DNA from: Archangiaceae bacterium
GTDB taxonomy: Bacteria > Myxococcota > Myxococcia > Myxococcales > Myxococcaceae
Assembly (NCBI GenBank): GCA_043750125.1
Contig: JAYVCD010000453.1
Coordinates: 1-29,702, forward strand
Reading direction: 5' to 3'
Length of the DNA: 29,702 bases
The translations under genes were made by a program, and so were the position numbers. Of this stretch, positions 7,808 to 16,317 are shown piece after piece. Within the stretch, counting starts at the first letter, position 1. Every line of letters starts with the position of its first letter. The notes below the pieces were generated by a model. It was not told the DNA's origin, did no database searches, and was given only the letters and a program-made list of their open reading frames with translations.

Positions 7808-9757
7808 ATGATCCTCTTTTCTTTGATCGCATCTGCCACGCTCGCGCAGGCTCCGCTGATTCCCCGCGAGCTGTTGTTCGGAACGCCCGAGCGCGCCGAA
7901 CCGCGAATCTCACCCGATGGAAAGCAGCTGTCCTGGCTGGGCCCAGACACCCGGGGAATTCTTCAGGTGTGGGTCAAGCCCCTGACCGCCGCCGACACGG
8001 ACGCCGTCGCTGTCACCCACGACGAGAAGCGGCCGGTGCGAAGCTACGAGTGGGCTGAAGACGGCAACTGGATTTTGTATGGGCAGGACGTCGCCGGGGA
8101 CGAGAATTTTCACCTCTTCGCGGTCGAGCTTTCGACGATGAACGTTCGGGACCTGACGCCCTTTCAAGGCGTTCGCGTCAGCAGCTGGGAAACGCGGGGG
8201 AAGTGTCCCGACACGGTGCTGGTCAGCCTCAACCTGCGTGACCGCAAGACGTTCGATCTTCACCGGGTGTCGCTGAAGACCGGAGCGCTCGAGCTCGACA
8301 CCCAGAACCCGGGCGACGTAACCCGCTGGGTCGTCGACTCGAACTGTCAGGTGCGTGGAGCCGAGGCCTCGCTCACCGATGGCGGGCGTGAGCTGCGCGT
8401 GCGGGACACGGTGAAGAGCCCGTGGCGCTCACTGGTCAGGGTGGGCCTCGAAGAGAACGTTTCGCTCAAGGGGTTTGCCCTCGATGGGAAGAGCGCCTTC
8501 GTCACCACCAGCATCGACACCGACACCGATCGACTGGTCGAGAAGAACATCAAGACCGGCGCTGAACGACTGCTGGCCCAGAGCCCGAAGTCCGACGTGC
8601 GCGACGTGCTGCTCCACCCCGTGCGGTTTACAGCGCAAGCCGCTTCGTTCGAGGTCGCCGGTAAGCCCGAGTGGACGTTGATCGAGACCAGCATTCGCAA
8701 CGACTTCGAGAGGCTCAAAGATCTGGGCACCGGCTTTCCCGTCTTGATCTCGCGCGACCGCACCGACACCGTGTGGCTGGTGGCGGTCCGCTCGGACCTG
8801 TCGCCCTCCCGATATTTTCTCTGGGACCGGATGGCCAAGAAATCGACCTTCCTCTTCAGCGAGCAGCCGAAGCTCGAGGGGCTGCCGCTGCAGCCGTTGC
8901 AGCCGGTGGTGATCAAATCGCGCGACGGGCTCGAGCTCACCGGGTTCCTGATCCGCCCTTCCGGTGGGGCGAAAAATGTCCCGCTGGTGCTGCAGGTGCA
9001 CGGGGGGCCCTGGGCCAAAGACGAGTGGGGCTTTGATCGCGCGATGCAGCTGGTGGCCAACCGCGGCTACGCAGTGCTGAAAGTCAATTTCCGGGGCTCG
9101 ACCGGCTACGGGAAGCGGTTCCTCAACGCGGGGAACAAGCAGCTGGGCCAGAAGATGCACGAGGACCTGCTCGACGCGGTGCAGTGGGCCGTCGGTGAGG
9201 GCCTCGCCGACCCGAAGAGGGTCTGCATCGAAGGCGGCAGCTACGGGGGGTACGCGGCGTTGGTGGGCGCGGCGTTCAACCCCGAGGTCTTCACGTGCGC
9301 CGTCGATCTCGATGGCCCTTCGAACTTGCTGACGTTCCTCTCGACCGCCGCCCCTTATGGGTCCGCGGTGAAGAGCAAGTTCGAGATGCGGGTGGGAAAC
9401 CCGTCTGACCCCAGAGATCTCGAGCTGCTGAAGAAGGCTTCGCCGCTCAACTCGGCCGACAAGATTCGCATCCCCCTGCTGATCGGCCAGGGCGCCGGTA
9501 ATCCCCGGGTGAAGCAGGCTGAGACCGAACAACTCGTGGCCGCGATGGAAAAGTCGGGCCGCGCCGTCACCTACGTCCTCTACCCCGACGAAGGCCATGG
9601 CTCGTTTCGTCCCGAGAATGACCTCGATTTCATCGCTCGCACCGAGGCTTTCCTTGCTGAAAACCTGGGGGGCCGGGTCGAGCCCTTGCCCAAAGGCGGA
9701 AAAGTCCCCGGCTCGAGCGCAGTGGTGAAGTTGGTCAAGGCCCGTCCTACGAAGTAG
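7808..9757 (+). CDS. S9 family (prolyl oligopeptidase / dipeptidyl aminopeptidase-like) serine peptidase, secreted
   Basis: Signal peptide MILFSLIASATLAQA, N-terminal beta-propeller, HGGPW, NFRGSTGYGK, nucleophile GGSYGG and YPDEGHG. Confidence 0.92.
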   Translation: MILFSLIASATLAQAPLIPRELLFGTPERAEPRISPDGKQLSWLGPDTRGILQVWVKPLTAADTDAVAVTHDEKRPVRSYEWAEDGNWILYGQDVAGDENFHLFAVELSTMNVRDLTPFQGVRVSSWETRGKCPDTVLVSLNLRDRKTFDLHRVSLKTGALELDTQNPGDVTRWVVDSNCQVRGAEASLTDGGRELRVRDTVKSPWRSLVRVGLEENVSLKGFALDGKSAFVTTSIDTDTDRLVEKNIKTGAERLLAQSPKSDVRDVLLHPVRFTAQAASFEVAGKPEWTLIETSIRNDFERLKDLGTGFPVLISRDRTDTVWLVAVRSDLSPSRYFLWDRMAKKSTFLFSEQPKLEGLPLQPLQPVVIKSRDGLELTGFLIRPSGGAKNVPLVLQVHGGPWAKDEWGFDRAMQLVANRGYAVLKVNFRGSTGYGKRFLNAGNKQLGQKMHEDLLDAVQWAVGEGLADPKRVCIEGGSYGGYAALVGAAFNPEVFTCAVDLDGPSNLLTFLSTAAPYGSAVKSKFEMRVGNPSDPRDLELLKKASPLNSADKIRIPLLIGQGAGNPRVKQAETEQLVAAMEKSGRAVTYVLYPDEGHGSFRPENDLDFIARTEAFLAENLGGRVEPLPKGGKVPGSSAVVKLVKARPTK

Positions 9758-9767
9758 AGGAGCACCC

Positions 9768-10577
9768 ATGTCCGAAACCTTCAAAACTGCATTGATCACC
9801 GGAGCCTCCAGCGGCATCGGCCGGGCGGTCGCCATCTGGTTCGCCAAGCGCGGGACCACCGTCTACGCCGCGGCCCGCCGCACCTCGATGCTCGATGAGC
9901 TCGCCGCCGCCGGGCACGGGAAAATCATTCCTGTCGCGCTCGACGTGTCGAAGGAACAAGCGACGGTCGATGCGATCCAGAAGCTCGATGACGAGTGTGG
10001 CGGGCTGGAAATGGTGATGGCCAATGCGGGCGTGGGCGACCCGACTCCGGCGCACAACTCGACCTGGCAGATGGTCGAGCGGGTATTGAAGGTGAACGTC
10101 ACCGGGGCCGCGGCCACCCTCACCGCCGTGCTTCCCCGAATGGTCGCCCGCCGCAACGGCACCCTCGTGGGCATCTCGTCGATCGCCGGCAACCGCGGGC
10201 TGGGCGCCTACAGCTGCTACTCGGGAAGCAAAGCGTTTCTCTCGACCTTCCTCGAGAGCCTGCGGGTCGACCTTCACGGCAGCGGGGTGAAGGTGGTCTG
10301 CATCGAGCCCGGGTTCGTCAAGAGCGAGATGAGCGACCGGGTCGAAGGCGTGGCCCCGATGCCTTTCCGAATGGGCACCGACCAGGCCGCAGACAAGATC
10401 GCCCGTGCCGTCCTCGGGGGAAAGCGGGTGCTGGCGTTCCCCTGGCAGCACGCGTGGAGCTCGGCGGCGATTGGAATGGTGCCGGCTCCGATTTACGAGC
10501 CGCTCGCCCACAAAGTCTCTCGTCCCCAGGTCGCGATGCTCGAGGCCGAACGGGTCAAGGCCGCCGCGTCCAAATGA
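9768..10577 (+). CDS. SDR family NAD(P)-dependent oxidoreductase
   Basis: TGASSGIG, ANAG, ISS, YSGSK (YxxxK) and PGFVKS. AGGAG RBS. Confidence 0.93.
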   Translation: MSETFKTALITGASSGIGRAVAIWFAKRGTTVYAAARRTSMLDELAAAGHGKIIPVALDVSKEQATVDAIQKLDDECGGLEMVMANAGVGDPTPAHNSTWQMVERVLKVNVTGAAATLTAVLPRMVARRNGTLVGISSIAGNRGLGAYSCYSGSKAFLSTFLESLRVDLHGSGVKVVCIEPGFVKSEMSDRVEGVAPMPFRMGTDQAADKIARAVLGGKRVLAFPWQHAWSSAAIGMVPAPIYEPLAHKVSRPQVAMLEAERVKAAASK

Positions 10578-10798
10578 ACGACGCCCGGCTGAAAGAGGCC
10601 TACGACAAGGTCGAGCGCCACATCGAGGACGTAAGCGACTACTTCGCCGCCGACTGGAAGTACCTCTCGCACTACTACCGAACCGGAGTGAAGCTCGATT
10701 TCCGAGCCCAGATCGAGCCGGGAAAAGGCGAAATGCTCAGCCCGCTGAAGATCTCCGATTTCAAACCGCAGAAATGGATTTCACGTTGGGCGTTCTAG
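10574..10798 (+). CDS. Small hypothetical protein (74 aa), not called at this start by the ORF track
   Basis: ATGA overlap with the SDR stop. TAG directly abuts the next ATG at 10799. High GC3. Sequence MNDARLKEAYDKVERHIEDVSDYFAADWKYLSHYY...WISRWAF. Confidence 0.75.
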   Translation: MNDARLKEAYDKVERHIEDVSDYFAADWKYLSHYYRTGVKLDFRAQIEPGKGEMLSPLKISDFKPQKWISRWAF

Positions 10799-11449
10799 AT
10801 GCAAACGCTGATCGTCGGCGACGTTCATGGCTGTTTGACCGAGCTGCAGGATCTTCTCGTTGAAGCCAGGCTCTCGCCCCAGACCGACCAGCTGATCTTC
10901 GTCGGAGACCTCGTCGCCAAGGGGCCCGACTCGCGCGGAGTGTTGAAGCTCGCCCAGCAGTGGAAAGCCCAGAGCGTCAAAGGCAACCACGATGCCCACG
11001 TGCTGAAGTTTCGGCGCGGAGCGGCCGAGAAGATGAAATCCCACCACCTCGAAGTGGCCAGGACGCTCGACGAGACCGATTGGCGCTACCTCGAAGAAAT
11101 GCCGCTGTGGCTGCGGCTTCCGGGAATGATCGTGGTCCACGCCGGCCTGGTTCCCGGGGTCCCCCTCGAGGGTCAAGACGAGGACGCGATGATCAACATG
11201 CGCTCGCTCACCCCTTCGGGGAAGTGGAGCAAACGCATCGACGCGGGAGTCCCCTGGGCGGGCGAGTGGCAGGGCCCCGAACGGGTCCTCTTCGGTCACG
11301 ACGCGATGCGCGGGCTGCAGCAGTACCCCCACGCCCTGGGCCTCGACACCGGCTGCGTCTACGGGAAGCGGCTGACCGGACTGCTGCTGCCCGCCAACGC
11401 GCTGATCTCGGTGCCCGCGCACAAGGTGTGGTCCCCAGTCGACGGCTGA
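10799..11449 (+). CDS. Metallophosphoesterase (PPP / ApaH / PrpA-like)
   Basis: GDVHG, GDLVAKG, GNHD, VHAG, FGH and LDTGCVYG motifs. Confidence 0.92.
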   Translation: MQTLIVGDVHGCLTELQDLLVEARLSPQTDQLIFVGDLVAKGPDSRGVLKLAQQWKAQSVKGNHDAHVLKFRRGAAEKMKSHHLEVARTLDETDWRYLEEMPLWLRLPGMIVVHAGLVPGVPLEGQDEDAMINMRSLTPSGKWSKRIDAGVPWAGEWQGPERVLFGHDAMRGLQQYPHALGLDTGCVYGKRLTGLLLPANALISVPAHKVWSPVDG

Positions 11450-11475
11450 GCCTGCAGTTTGGTAGGTCGTGCCCC

Positions 11476-11895
11476 ATGAACCGTTCTTCCGCCGACGAAC
11501 TGTTGACCGGCAACGCGCTCGTCCCCTGCATCGAAGGCATGGTGGCCTACGCGAAAGAGCTCGAGCGCACGCTGCTCGAGGCCGAGATTCCGGCCCGGCT
11601 CGCCAAGCCGCCGACCAAAGCCTGCTGCGGTTCCGGGGGCTGTGGCTGTTCGGCGAAGGTTCAGGTGATGGTGCGCGAGGCAGATCTGCCCCGGGTCGCT
11701 GAGCTGTTTCGCGACGAGTGGATGCAGGCGGTGCAGCGCGAAGGGACGATCGACGGGTTGCAGTTGGTTCCGATGAAGGTCGAAGGCGCGCTGCCCTTAG
11801 ACCCCGCCGCAGATCCTCCTTGCCCGGCGTGTGGCACTGCCGCCCCGCTGGTCGAAGGAGCCTGCAGCGACTGCGGGCTCCAGCTCGACAACTGA
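11476..11895 (+). CDS. Cys-rich hypothetical protein with a C-terminal zinc ribbon (139 aa)
   Basis: ATG at 11476. ACCGSGGCGC cluster and CPAC...CSDC. High GC3. Confidence 0.75.
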   Translation: MNRSSADELLTGNALVPCIEGMVAYAKELERTLLEAEIPARLAKPPTKACCGSGGCGCSAKVQVMVREADLPRVAELFRDEWMQAVQREGTIDGLQLVPMKVEGALPLDPAADPPCPACGTAAPLVEGACSDCGLQLDN

Positions 11896-11899
11896 AGGT

Positions 11900-12540
11900 C
11901 TACTCGACCGCGGTCGGCGCCCACTTGCGCTGTCCATGGATCTTCACCAACAGCGCTTCCCCCGCGGCCTTTTCACCCGCGTCTTTCGTCAGCCTCACCG
12001 CCCGCGTCAGGTGCGGCTCGGAGAACCGACCCAGCGCGAGAAATTTTGCGGTCGCGGCTTCTGCGGTCGGCGACTGCGAGAGCTCGTTGAGCCACTGCGC
12101 CAGCTGTCGCTCGTACGCCGGGGTGAGCAGGCCATCGGCCACCAGCACCGCGGTCAAGCGGGCCCGAAGCACCTCGACGAACTGTCCCAGCGGCATCGTC
12201 GCCTCGGGAATCTGTGCGGTGCGCTGCTCGCCGCCCGCCAACGCGCCGAGCTCGACGAAGCCCGCCGCGGTCGGGGTCACCTGCACCAGGAAGACCGCCG
12301 TTACGGTCTTCTCGCCCACCGGGTTCGAGAAAGCGGCCCTGTCGGCTTCCACAGTCGAGACCAGCGGCAGTCGAAAGTTTCCGAGCCCGCGGTAGAACAA
12401 GAACTTCTCGCGCTGGCCTCTTTCTTCGCAGTCGTCAGCCCATCGGGGTGCTGAGCGTCGGTCACCGGGCTGAACAGGCCATTGCGGCCGCAGGACAGCA
12501 AAAGGAAGGACCCCGTCACGGCTGCAATTGCGATTCTCAT
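11900..12540 (-). pseudogene. Remnant of a conserved hypothetical lipoprotein (EKFLFYRG motif) with internal deletion(s)
   Basis: AGGAG RBS and MRIAIAAVTGSFLLLSC lipobox. The frame switches near 12432 into REKFLFYRGLGNF...TAG 11900. The abrupt join ADGL|LTPAYE suggests a second deletion. Confidence 0.65.
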
Positions 12541-12665
12541 CGAATACTCCTGTTGAAAATTCTCCGGCCCTTCGCGTGCTGGTATGCCGGGGGCTCCGGC
12601 GGCGGACAAAAGCGTCGGCGGTTTGTTCCTTTTCGCAGCCGCGGCATACGGAGTGAGGACGGCCA

Positions 12666-13050
12666 GTGGACGCGCGGGAACGAATGGTGCCGGCAACGAA
12701 CGGGGTGCGCTTCGCCGCTGGCGACGCGAGGCGTTCGTCGTCGTCTACCGCGCCTTCGCCGCGCCGCTTCGCCGATGGGTAGCGCGGTTCTTCAAGAGCC
12801 CCTTCGAACAGGAAGAGGCGGTACACGAGGTCTGGCTCACCGTGCACCGAATGCAGAAAACGCTGCCGGGCTCACTCCCGAAGAGGTCCAGGTGCTGCGC
12901 CACGGGCTGATTGAAGAGCAGACCCACGAAGAGTTGGCCGCAGTGCTGGGAATCAACGTGCGCAGATCGAAATACCTCAAGCTCAAGCTGCTCGCGCGGG
13001 CCGCCTTGGATCCGTCGCTGCAGGCCCTGGCGGCCGAGGTGTTGCGATGA
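12666..13050 (+). pseudogene. ECF sigma-70 factor remnant
   Basis: Three frames: RFAAGD, then REAFVVVYRAFAAPLRRWVARFFKSPFEQEEAVHEVW (region 2, N-half), then LTPEEVQVLR...THEELAAVLGINVRR (region 4 HTH). One-base loss near 12726. The rest of region 2 and the linker are deleted near 12858. Confidence 0.8.
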
Positions 13051-13829
13051 GCGTGTGGCGACAACGACTGACCATCGAGCGTGCGGTGGCGGGGCAGTTG
13101 GCGGCCGTCGACGAAGCGAGGCTGCGCGCCCATCTTCGAGGTTGCCTCGAGTGCCGTCGGTACTACGACGCCCTCACGGTGCAGGCGCGGATCCTCGCTG
13201 GGGACCCGCACTCGACGCGCGTCGCCGCCGAGGCAGAAGAGGCGCGACTGATGGAAGCGCTCAACCCCATTCCGGCGGTGCCCGAGGTCCCGGCATGGTG
13301 GCCACGCTTCGCCGTCGCCGCCGCGGTGGCAGCGGCGGGGATCTTCGGGTTCATCAGTTGGCGGCAGTCCTCGCCCCAGCCAGTTGATCAGATCGCCTGG
13401 CGTGGCAGCCCCTCGCCCGCTTCCGTTTCGACGTTCGCGGTGTGGGTGATCTCTGCTCCGCGAGACGGGGGGCCGCTGCGCCGCGACGTGAACTTTCCCG
13501 CGGACTCCATCGGGCAGGTGCGCACGGACGAATGGATCGCGTTTGCGAAGAAAGGGCCGGTTCCGGTCGAGTTCTTCAAGGTGGCCCTGGTCAACGAGCA
13601 ACGCCAGACGCTGGTTCTCGCCAGTGGGCAGAGCGTCGCGCTCGACGCGGGAAAGTGGAGAGTCTTCGCGGTCGGGTTGAAGACTTCCGGTGGTGCGCAA
13701 GCTTTCGGAGACGAAGCGCTCGCGGCCGCAGCACGCGAGGCGGGGGTGGAAGGAAAAGTCCTGAAGTTGCCGACCCAGGGGGACCGTCCGGTTTTTCAGG
13801 TTTCAGGAACCATTCTCGTTCAGCCATGA
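13047..13829 (+). CDS. zf-HC2 zinc-binding transmembrane anti-sigma factor
   Basis: HLRGCLEC (HxxxCxxC) and a single TM (FAVAAAVAAAGIFGFI). ATGA overlap with the sigma remnant. Confidence 0.85.
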   Translation: MSVWRQRLTIERAVAGQLAAVDEARLRAHLRGCLECRRYYDALTVQARILAGDPHSTRVAAEAEEARLMEALNPIPAVPEVPAWWPRFAVAAAVAAAGIFGFISWRQSSPQPVDQIAWRGSPSPASVSTFAVWVISAPRDGGPLRRDVNFPADSIGQVRTDEWIAFAKKGPVPVEFFKVALVNEQRQTLVLASGQSVALDAGKWRVFAVGLKTSGGAQAFGDEALAAAAREAGVEGKVLKLPTQGDRPVFQVSGTILVQP

Positions 13830-14414
13830 GTGTGCTGATCGCCCTGGCGCTGGTGGTGGGGTCGACTGAGCCCGTGCCCACCGACATCTGCGCGGTGGTG
13901 GTCGGCGCAATGGAGGGCGCCCGGGTCTTCCTGCCCTTCATTTCGCCGACGACGACGCGCTGCGAATGGCGCGGACTTTTTCGGCGCTCCCCGGGCACCG
14001 GGCGACCTGGGTTCTGGCCGAGCCGGACGAAGCGACGCGCGCCACGTTGCAGACCGCGGGGTTGTCGGTGCCGGTAATTCGCGAGCCCACCCGCGCTGCG
14101 CTCTTTGCGGCCCGCGACGTTCAGGGCTCCAGTGTCTCAGGAGACCTCATCGACGCCTGCACGGGCGCGGCGGTCGCGGCGCGGATCACCATCGCCGGAA
14201 AATCGACGTGCTCAGTTTCGGGCAAGGGCTGCTGGCAGCTGACCGGTTTGCCCCCCGGAGGTCCGCAGACGCTCGCCGCCGGAAGAGCAGGGTACCAGGC
14301 GTTCAGCGCTTCGCTCACGCTGGTGTCGGGGTTCAACGCGCTCGAAAAAATTTCGCTGACCCCGGCCGGGGGTTGTTCGGTCCCGCCCCCGGCCGATGGC
14401 GTTAGTCCGAAAAC
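13826..14414 (+). pseudogene. N-terminus of a secreted caspase-family (C14) protein fused by deletion to a carboxypeptidase-regulatory-like fragment
   Basis: ATGA-coupled start and signal peptide. AVVVG, then after a 1-nt shift near 13906 NGGRPGLPALHFADDDALRMAR...EPTRAALFAA (caspase strand 1, helix 1 and PT motif). No His/Cys follows; instead VSGDLIDACTGAAV...GYQAFS. It has no stop of its own before the convergent gene. Confidence 0.65.
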
Positions 14415-15617
14415 TCAAAGTCCCTGGCGCGGAATCACGGCCTGGTCGGTGAGGTCTCGAAGCCCGTGGGTCAGCTTCTCGAGGGCGCCACCGGCCGCCG
14501 CCGAAAGAGTCTTTCCCTGGGCGGCGGTCTGGAGCTCGGCGACTTTGGCCAGTGCGTCCTTGCGCGAGAGCTTCGAGAAGTCGGGGGCTTTGAGGCCGAG
14601 CTCCTCGTAGGCGGACTTCATTTCCGGGCCGTACGCCTTCTGGAAATTGACCTTCACCTTGTCGTACTTCATCAGCCGGAAGGTGGTCTCGATGCGCTCG
14701 GCCAGCTTCGCCCGCTCGGGTTCAGTGGTGGTGGGCCGTGAGCTCAGGTCCTGCAGGTCATTGTAGTGCGCGCGCAGCTCGGTCTCGGACGCAGCCACCT
14801 TCGCGCCGGAAAAGTGCGAGTCATAGGTCGGCTTGAAGTCATCGACGCGCTTCTGCACGATCTCGACTTTCTCTTTCGCGCCGGGAGTCAGGTAGCCGTT
14901 CTTCACGCTCCAGGTTGCGATGTTTGCGTATTTCTCGAGGCCCTTGAACGTCCCCGGAGGAAGCGCTTCGACATCGCCCCGGGTCGCCTTGTCCCAGGCG
15001 TTGAGGTGGGCCCTCGAGCCGGTGGTGCTTGAGCCGCTGGGAGACTTGTCGGCATAGGCGAGCATGGTCTTCGCGTTGGGGAAGCCGGCTTTCCACTTCA
15101 TGATCGTGTCTTCGCCGCCGCAGTAGCAGGCCGAGATCGCGATGTCCTCGACCTGTCCGGCGGCCCTGGGCATCGCCTTCGCGAGGTCGGTGAGCAGCTC
15201 GCGGTTGAACGCGCCATTGGTGAAGCCGTCTTCGTCGCCGTAGATCCCGCTGCCGCCGCTGTGGCCCGAGAGCACCAGCCGCCCGGGAACGTCTCCTCCT
15301 TTTTCGCCGACGGCCCAGGCCTTCGCCAATTGGGCGAACTCGTCGCGGGTGTCGCTTTCTGCGCGCTTGAGCACGTCTGCGATCTTCGCGCCCTGGGCGG
15401 CGGGCAGGCCGAGGGTCTTGACGAAGTCCTGGCGGCCCGCGTCGGTCTTGAGGTCGTAGGTGACGGCGCTCTTGCCCTTCCCGACGGTGATGGTGTCGTC
15501 CTTCGGCGCGTCCTTGATCAGGTCGACCTTGGTTCCGTTCTTGGAAATGGCGTTCGCTTCCTGCTGGGCGAACTTGTTCATTCCGACAAACAGCACGTCA
15601 TTTTTCCGAACGCTCAT
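14415..15617 (-). CDS. Hypothetical protein (400 aa), putative clan CD (caspase/CHAT-like) cysteine peptidase
   Basis: Clean high-GC3 ORF. RLVLSGHSGG and EDIAISAC place His and Cys 45 residues apart, each after a hydrophobic strand. No signal peptide. Confidence 0.75.
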   Translation of the reverse strand: MSVRKNDVLFVGMNKFAQQEANAISKNGTKVDLIKDAPKDDTITVGKGKSAVTYDLKTDAGRQDFVKTLGLPAAQGAKIADVLKRAESDTRDEFAQLAKAWAVGEKGGDVPGRLVLSGHSGGSGIYGDEDGFTNGAFNRELLTDLAKAMPRAAGQVEDIAISACYCGGEDTIMKWKAGFPNAKTMLAYADKSPSGSSTTGSRAHLNAWDKATRGDVEALPPGTFKGLEKYANIATWSVKNGYLTPGAKEKVEIVQKRVDDFKPTYDSHFSGAKVAASETELRAHYNDLQDLSSRPTTTEPERAKLAERIETTFRLMKYDKVKVNFQKAYGPEMKSAYEELGLKAPDFSKLSRKDALAKVAELQTAAQGKTLSAAAGGALEKLTHGLRDLTDQAVIPRQGL

Positions 15618-15656
15618 GCGCCCATTATCGAGACCCGATGCGATCGTGATTCTCGA

Positions 15657-16166
15657 TTATTGAATGCGGACGGCGATTGACGGCGATTGCAGTCCGCGGC
15701 GAGAAAGCACCAACCGCTCGCATTCCTTGAGGTCCACCGGTCCGCTGCTCAGAGTCGGTGTGGCCTCGGAAGCCACAACAGTGACTTCGTAGGTCAGGCC
15801 GTAACGGCCTTTGGCCGGCGCGCGGTAGGGGCCGCCACCGCAGGCAAAATCATCGAAGCGAAGGACGAGCTCTTGTTGAGGCTCGAGGACAAAGGTGCGC
15901 TGGGCGGGAGCAGGCTCGAGACCGAGCTCGAAGGCACAGTCGCAGGAATGAAACAGCAGTGAGGGGGGGCCTCCTTTGTCTGGGGTGAAGAGCAGGCCGT
16001 GAACATCGCGATGCCGAAGGCGCACGGGCTGAGCGCCGAGGTTCTTGAGCCGAACGGAAATGACTCCGCTGAGCTGACCTTTGTGCAGCTTGAGCGGCTT
16101 GGGGACCTCGACCTGAATCGAGAGGTCAAAGCTGGCGAGTAGAGCGGTGAGCGCGAGGGCGAGCAC
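15657..16166 (-). CDS. Secreted hypothetical protein, probable single Ig-like beta-sandwich
   Basis: Signal peptide MLALALTALLA. Pattern VRLKNLG.QPVRL...VLEPQQEL...GRYGLTYEV with Cys pairs. Confidence 0.65.
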   Translation of the reverse strand: MLALALTALLASFDLSIQVEVPKPLKLHKGQLSGVISVRLKNLGAQPVRLRHRDVHGLLFTPDKGGPPSLLFHSCDCAFELGLEPAPAQRTFVLEPQQELVLRFDDFACGGGPYRAPAKGRYGLTYEVTVVASEATPTLSSGPVDLKECERLVLSRRGLQSPSIAVRIQ

Positions 16167-16317
16167 AGTCGAACCGTAGCGCGAGCGCGCGAGTGGCGAT
16201 GAGTGGTGAGGGCCACCCCCAGTGGTGCGGGATACGCCCGAAGGCCAGCAATTCCAGGTCCTTGCTTCGGCATCTCTTCAGGAGCAACAAGGTACGACTT
16301 CCACCGACAATCCTTCC

